Below are positions 59,393-64,000 of a DNA stretch of 64,000 nucleotides, piece after piece (within the stretch, counting starts at the first letter, position 1; the number at the start of each line of letters is the position of its first letter). The DNA lies in IMG/VR virus record IMGVR_UViG_3300042301_002266, positions 1-64,000 of that record. One strand, given 5' to 3'. Source of the stretch: a virus. A program made the position numbers and the translations under genes. Under the pieces are notes generated by a model. It was not told where the DNA came from. It did not search any database and saw only the letters and a list, made by a program, of their open reading frames with translations.

Positions 59393-59502
59393 AGCTTTCA
59401 CACTCAGTTGCTGAGTTATTAATTTTAACCTTTGTAGCATTAAACTGCTATGTAAATGTAAGAAGATATGTATGGGATAGGAGGAAGCGTAATGGAATTT
59501 GA
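59389..59502 (+). CDS. Small membrane peptide (37 aa, not in ORF track)
   Basis: GTGA coupling; MKLSHSVAELLILTFVALNCYVNVRRYVWDRRKRNGI*. Confidence 0.5.
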   Translation: MKLSHSVAELLILTFVALNCYVNVRRYVWDRRKRNGI

Positions 59503-59734
59503 GCTTCACCACGAAAAAGATGCTGGTCCAGTAGTCCGTTGGTTTGCAACAAAACTATTAAGTATTATGCACAAAATAGAAAAGCCCCTATATGACTATG
59601 CAGATATGTACACAGCAGTATGGGATGACTATGAAGATGAAGATAGCCTTTCTGTGCCACACAATCAAATGGGAATATTTGACAACTTAGAAACTTTACC
59701 ACAATTTGAACAACTAACAGAGGACTTAATTTAA
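59492..59734 (+). CDS. Hypothetical protein
   Basis: AGGAGG SD before ATG 59492. Confidence 0.6.
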   Translation: MEFELHHEKDAGPVVRWFATKLLSIMHKIEKPLYDYADMYTAVWDDYEDEDSLSVPHNQMGIFDNLETLPQFEQLTEDLI

Positions 59735-59904
59735 TGTCTGAAAATGAATATTATTACAGAGATCAAATGCGTGAACTGCAAAATGTAAATATGTTTGTAA
59801 GAGTAAATACTTTAAGAAGTGTTTTGAATAAACTTGAATGGATTAAAGAAAATGATGGAAGCATAGATCATGCTATTGAATTTATTAAATCGGAGTTAAA
59901 GTGA
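59734..59904 (+). CDS. Hypothetical protein (56 aa, not in ORF track)
   Basis: TAATG coupling; GAGG SD. Confidence 0.55.
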   Translation: MSENEYYYRDQMRELQNVNMFVRVNTLRSVLNKLEWIKENDGSIDHAIEFIKSELK

Positions 59905-60038
59905 TACAAAAAGTTTTAAGGTATGCAGAACATTTAGGTTTAGATAAAGAAGAGTTATTAGAAATGACAATGTTAGAAGCAATGTTATTAATTGAACAAA
60001 CAAAAGATATGTGGAAGGAAGTAAAACAAATTGGGTAA
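59901..60038 (+). CDS. Hypothetical protein (45 aa, not in ORF track)
   Basis: GTGA coupling; GGAG SD. Confidence 0.5.
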   Translation: MIQKVLRYAEHLGLDKEELLEMTMLEAMLLIEQTKDMWKEVKQIG

Positions 60039-60159
60039 GCATCACGATAAAGTTGCAAGAGCATTAGAAATTAGAATTAAAAATGTTCCTAATAGAAGCG
60101 GATATAATACTCCTGGATCAATGAATAAAAGAAAAACTGGATACAGTAAATCAAGATAA
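60031..60159 (+). CDS. Small basic protein (42 aa, not in ORF track)
   Basis: TTG start after GAAGGA; MGKHHDKVARALE...PGSMNKRK. Confidence 0.45.
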   Translation: MGKHHDKVARALEIRIKNVPNRSGYNTPGSMNKRKTGYSKSR

Positions 60160-60196
60160 CTTGACATTCTATTATTAACTATGTTAAGATAGAATA

Positions 60197-60700
60197 ATGC
60201 GATTCAAAACCTTGGTTTTGATTCCCGTTATTGCGGTTCTTGCAACATTTGTTGTATCCCTACCAGTAACCCAGAATCAAACCAGTGCTAATGAGGCACC
60301 GCAAAAAATAAAGTTAGTTGTAAGAACAACTGACACAGATAGAACAAGGCAAGTTGCAGCATCAAGATCTGCACAAAGATTTGCCTTCGGAACCCCAGCA
60401 TATAATAAACAGTTCGCTGCTTTTTATATGAAAGATAAATATAAGTGGGGTAACAAAGAACATTCCTGTTTAGTAAAGCTCTGGAACCGTGAAAGCGGTT
60501 GGCGACAAAACGCACATAATAAGAGCTCTGGAGCACATGGAATACCTCAGTCCCTGCCAGGTAAGAAGATGGCATCAATGGGTTCTGATTGGAAAACAAA
60601 TCCTGAAACACAAATAAAATGGGGTTTGAAATATATAAAGGGGAGATATAAAACACCATGTAATGCTTTAGGGCATTCTAATAAACACAACTGGTACTAA
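60197..60700 (+). CDS. Secreted/anchored lytic transglycosylase (actinobacterial SLT/Rpf-like)
   Basis: Signal anchor; CL..LW.RESGW...A.N.SSGA.GIPQ...QI.WG..YI..RY..PC.A; promoter TTGACA-18-TAAGAT. Confidence 0.85.
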   Translation: MRFKTLVLIPVIAVLATFVVSLPVTQNQTSANEAPQKIKLVVRTTDTDRTRQVAASRSAQRFAFGTPAYNKQFAAFYMKDKYKWGNKEHSCLVKLWNRESGWRQNAHNKSSGAHGIPQSLPGKKMASMGSDWKTNPETQIKWGLKYIKGRYKTPCNALGHSNKHNWY

Positions 60701-60704
60701 CCAG

Positions 60705-60734
60705 ATGTCCTGAGCAAAGACATTAAACTGCTCA
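60705..60734 (+). ncRNA. Compact H-type pseudoknot of unknown function
   Basis: S1 ATGTC/GACAT, S2 TGAGCA/TGCTCA; loops C, AA and TAAAC. Confidence 0.5.
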
Positions 60735-60741
60735 CCATCTA

Positions 60742-60815
60742 GGGGTGTTAGCTTAGTTGGTTAAAGCCCTGAACTCATAATTCAGTAATCGTTGGTTCAA
60801 GTCCAACACACCCTA
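60742..60815 (+). tRNA. tRNA with CAT anticodon (elongator Met or Ile2)
   Basis: GGGGTGT/ACACCCT acceptor, CTGAA-CTCATAA-TTCAG anticodon arm; lacks initiator features. Confidence 0.85.
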
Positions 60816-60841
60816 CGTTAATGTAGTATAATTTAATACAC

Positions 60842-60913
60842 GCCTCTTTAGCTCAGTGGTAGAGCAACGCTCTTGTAAAGCGTAGGTCTTCAGTTCAAGT
60901 CTGAAAAGGGGCT
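60842..60913 (+). tRNA. tRNA-Thr(TGT)
   Basis: GCCTCTT/AAGGGGC acceptor; ACGCT-CTTGTAA-AGCGT anticodon arm. Confidence 0.9.
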
Positions 60914-60916
60914 CTA

Positions 60917-61014
60917 GGTGGCAGGAAGTCGTCCTTAGTGATGGTTGATAGTTACAGTTACGAGTCCAGAGAGACACGTTTGCCAGTGTAGGTAAATAAG
61001 GTCTTCCTGTCACC
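60917..61014 (+). ncRNA. Candidate ~100-nt structured ncRNA
   Basis: Ends pair over 12 bp (GGTGGCAGGAAG/CTTCCTGTCACC), continued by CCTTA/TAAGG; internal ACAC/GTGT hairpin. Confidence 0.5.
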
Positions 61015-61035
61015 GTTTATTTAAAAGGAGAAAGT

Positions 61036-61329
61036 ATGAATATCGAAGAGTTTAATGAATTAGTTAAAGAAGGAACTACAATTGTAGATTTCTGGGCAGA
61101 GTGGTGTGGTCCATGTAAAATGGTTTCACCAGTACTAGATGAAATTGCACAAGAAACTGGATCAAAGCTAATTAAGATTGATGTAGACAATGAGCCAGAG
61201 TTAGCAAAAGAGTTTGGAATTTCTGGAATTCCAGCAATTATGATATATAATGATGGAGTAAGAACAAAATCAATTGTTGGTGCAAAACCAAAACCAGCTT
61301 TAAAGAAAGTACTATTTGACAATGTTTAA
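61036..61329 (+). CDS. trxA: Thioredoxin
   Basis: VDFWAEWCGPCK. Confidence 0.95.
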   Translation: MNIEEFNELVKEGTTIVDFWAEWCGPCKMVSPVLDEIAQETGSKLIKIDVDNEPELAKEFGISGIPAIMIYNDGVRTKSIVGAKPKPALKKVLFDNV

Positions 61330-61594
61330 GAAAAAAAAGCAAGATATCATGTTGGTAGAAGAGTATCAGTATCGTGCAGTAATTACTTACATGGCACAGA
61401 AGCAAGTGTATAGAGCATCCGTACAACGTAGAATTGGTATTAATGAATGGGTAAAAGTACAATGCGGTCTTAAAGGTGTTAACTTTGCATCTAAAGAACA
61501 AGCAGAAGGTGCTGCAAAACATAAAATTAGAGTACAAAAAAGTCTTGATGATCAAGTTAAGAGTCCTATTTCTTATATCATCTATGACGATTAA
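61322..61594 (+). CDS. Hypothetical protein
   Basis: Overlapping ORF downstream of trxA. Confidence 0.55.
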   Translation: MFKKKKQDIMLVEEYQYRAVITYMAQKQVYRASVQRRIGINEWVKVQCGLKGVNFASKEQAEGAAKHKIRVQKSLDDQVKSPISYIIYDD

Positions 61595-61611
61595 ATGGTA
61601 AAATAGGTATT

Positions 61612-64000
61612 ATGGCTTCTAAGCAATTTAAGGTACCAATTAATTTAGTTAATTTAACTTCTGATCCCTCAGGAGCAATAGAGGGTGACATTTACTGGAA
61701 CTCTGCAGACAATAAACTTAGAATATATTATGATTCAGCATGGAATGACGTATCCTCTGGTGGGGGTGGTGAAGGTGTAGCATCTGATAGCTTTAAAACT
61801 ATATCAGTAACTGGTCAATCTAATGTTGTAGCAGACTCATCTACAGATACTTTAAGCCTTGTAGCAGGTACAAACGTATCTATTACAACAGATGCTATCA
61901 ATGACTCCATAACCATTAACTCTACTGCAGCACTTACATCTGTTGATTCTATTACATATCCAGATTATATTACATTTGATACCACCCCAGAAACCGTTCC
62001 AACTGCAACAGGCTCTATTTTTTGGGACGATGGAGACGGTCTTTTAGCAACAGTTTTAAATGCAAATGTAACTATTGGATTAGGACAAGAACAGGTAGCC
62101 TTAGTTAAAAATGCTACAGGTGCATCTATTGCTAAGGGTAAAGTTGTATACATAAATGGTGCTGCTGGTCAAAGACCAACGATTGCACTATCTGATGCTG
62201 ATACAGAAGCAACATCTTCTAAAACATTTGGCTTAACAGCAGAAGCGATTGCAGACGGTGCAGAAGGATTTGTAGCAACCTTTGGGGTTTTGCGTGGAGT
62301 TAATACTCTTGGATTAACTGCAGGTGCTGCTTTGTGGCTATCTTCAACCGCAGGTTCATATACAACAACGGTACCAGCAGAGCCAGCACACTCTGTATTT
62401 CTTGGATATGTAGTTAAGGCTCATCAAACAGCAGGTGAAATTTTTGTAAACATTCAAAATGGCTATGAGCTAACAGAACTTCATGGTGTAGTAATTGAAG
62501 CAGATGAAAGTTTAACAGACAATGAGGTTCTTGCTTATGATACAACATCAGGACTATGGAAAAATCAAACAGCAGTAGAAGCAGGACTTTTAGATACTTC
62601 TGCAACAGAACAAACAAAGGCTGGTAATTTAATCCTTAGTGGAGACCTTACCGTAGCAACTGACATTTTTTCAACAGGATTAAATCTTGTTATATCAAAT
62701 GATGAAGTTGTTTCATTTAGTACATTAAATAATAATGCAGGTATTTCAGAAGATACTGGATTTACTATTACAACAAATGGAATTGCAACTTCAAAAGTCT
62801 GGATATTTGACAATAGCGGAAATCTTACATTTCCAGATGCTTCAAATCAGACCACCGCATTCCTGGGAATGTCTGCTTATAGCACAACAAACCTATCTGA
62901 AGGAACCAATCTTTATTACACGGACGAAAGAGCACAAGATGCAGTTGGAAATAATCTTGGAACTGGATTGTCCTACAACGACAGCACAGGAGCAATATCC
63001 AATTCTGGAGTCCTTGACCTAACTGGCACAGCAAATGAAATTGTTGTAAGTGCTTCAACTGGTAGTATTACAATTGGAATCCCAGACTCCCCAATTTTTG
63101 TTACCCCAACCATTGGTGTTGCAACAGCAACATCTATAAATGGAACAACCATTCCATCCTCAAAAACTTTAGTTGTAACAACTGATATTGGTTCATCTGT
63201 TCAAGCATATAGTGCTGTTCTAGCAGGAATAAATACTCTTGGAGCAGGAACTGGTTTCTTAAAAAATACTGGAGGTACATGGTCATATGATAATTCAACA
63301 TACGCACCTCTGGCTTCCCCAACATTCACTGGTACAGTAACAATTCCTGCAGGTGCAGATATTTCTGGGTACCTAACAACATCTTCTGCTGCCTCTACAT
63401 ATGCAACAACAGCATCTCTGTCTAACTACCAAACATTAGATGGAGATCTTAGTGCGATTGGAGCGATATCAAGTGGGGTAGGTTTATTAAAAAGAGTTGC
63501 TCAAGACACATGGACTATTGATACAAACACATATATAACAGCAAGCTCTCCAACCATAAATACGTCAATAATTTCAGGAACATCTACCTTTAACTTAATA
63601 AACACAACTGCAACTACAGTAAACTTTGCAGGTGCTGCAACAGCACTAACCATTGGATCAAATGATGCTGCAGCAATATTAACATTAAAGGCTCCAACAA
63701 TTGTAGGAACAGCAACATCTCAGGATATATTTAATACTGTTGCAACTACCGTTAATATTGCAGGTGCCACAACTACCCTTGTGATCGGTGGCACTCCAAC
63801 AGGGGCTGTTTCAGCAACTTTATTTGGTAACACAACATCAAGTGGAAATACTAAAACTATAAACATAGGAACTGGCGGTGCATCAGGATCTGTTACTAAC
63901 ATAAACATTGGATCTTCAACATCAGGTGCAACTGGAACAGTAAGCGTTTATCCAACAACAACATTTAGTGGAGTTGTAAATGTGCCTTACCCAACAAGTG
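61612..64000 (+). CDS. Long fibre/virion decoration protein (runs off window end; not in ORF track)
   Basis: MASKQFKVPINL...EGDIYWNS..., capsid-cement-like VKNATGASIAKGKVVY module, NLSEGTNLYYTDERAQDAV and T/G/S-rich repeats; leaderless TGGTAAAAT. I saw no in-frame stop in the segments I translated. Confidence 0.72.
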   Translation, partial: MASKQFKVPINLVNLTSDPSGAIEGDIYWNSADNKLRIYYDSAWNDVSSGGGGEGVASDSFKTISVTGQSNVVADSSTDTLSLVAGTNVSITTDAINDSITINSTAALTSVDSITYPDYITFDTTPETVPTATGSIFWDDGDGLLATVLNANVTIGLGQEQVALVKNATGASIAKGKVVYINGAAGQRPTIALSDADTEATSSKTFGLTAEAIADGAEGFVATFGVLRGVNTLGLTAGAALWLSSTAGSYTTTVPAEPAHSVFLGYVVKAHQTAGEIFVNIQNGYELTELHGVVIEADESLTDNEVLAYDTTSGLWKNQTAVEAGLLDTSATEQTKAGNLILSGDLTVATDIFSTGLNLVISNDEVVSFSTLNNNAGISEDTGFTITTNGIATSKVWIFDNSGNLTFPDASNQTTAFLGMSAYSTTNLSEGTNLYYTDERAQDAVGNNLGTGLSYNDSTGAISNSGVLDLTGTANEIVVSASTGSITIGIPDSPIFVTPTIGVATATSINGTTIPSSKTLVVTTDIGSSVQAYSAVLAGINTLGAGTGFLKNTGGTWSYDNSTYAPLASPTFTGTVTIPAGADISGYLTTSSAASTYATTASLSNYQTLDGDLSAIGAISSGVGLLKRVAQDTWTIDTNTYITASSPTINTSIISGTSTFNLINTTATTVNFAGAATALTIGSNDAAAILTLKAPTIVGTATSQDIFNTVATTVNIAGATTTLVIGGTPTGAVSATLFGNTTSSGNTKTINIGTGGASGSVTNINIGSSTSGATGTVSVYPTTTFSGVVNVPYPTS

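Noticed and set aside
59387-59452. Three adjacent small hairpins suggesting an ncRNA
   Set aside because: Better explained as a translationally coupled 37-aa membrane-peptide ORF (59389-59502); the stems are short.
60914-61014. Possible tRNA-associated HDV-like (theta) ribozyme
   Set aside because: The position fits, but I cannot build the nested P1/P2/P3/L3 topology and there is no catalytic C in the would-be J4/2.
1-64000. Stop-codon reassignment / alternative genetic code
   Set aside because: TAA, TAG and TGA all end conserved genes at expected lengths, coding density is high under code 11, and there is no suppressor tRNA.

Overview
This window is a 64 kb segment of a large, AT-rich, lytic siphovirus-type phage. 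Almost every gene is on the + strand; one small minus-strand gene looks credible. Gene order: lysis/membrane genes, a GT4 glycosyltransferase, accessory virion proteins, a class II (B12-dependent) ribonucleotide reductase, the head operon (portal, protease-scaffold, major capsid), neck and tail genes with a 2160-aa tape measure and a collar-domain fibre, a replication/recombination block (DnaB, primase, SSB, DnaE, RecA, Cas4-like, RuvC), a second GT4, terminase, a methyltransferase, five tRNAs, cell-wall hydrolases, thioredoxin and a truncated fibre-like gene. The gene content, my recollection of similar synteny in large Streptomyces BE/BK-type actinophages, and pervasive leaderless promoters suggest an actinobacterial host, possibly a low-GC freshwater lineage (inference). 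Most notable observations: (1) a recurring hydrophobic-x-K|A/S motif delimits domains in the head proteins and in a separate three-domain protein, suggesting protease-released capsid cargo; (2) a stand-alone M23 peptidase is flanked by two paralogous beta-rich proteins, a possible split endolysin; (3) one small beta-module is inserted into four different virion proteins; (4) two unexplained structured RNA elements lie in the tRNA cluster; (5) there is a -1 frameshift site in the tail chaperone and a nested scaffold start. No database searches were run; family calls come from recognising motifs.
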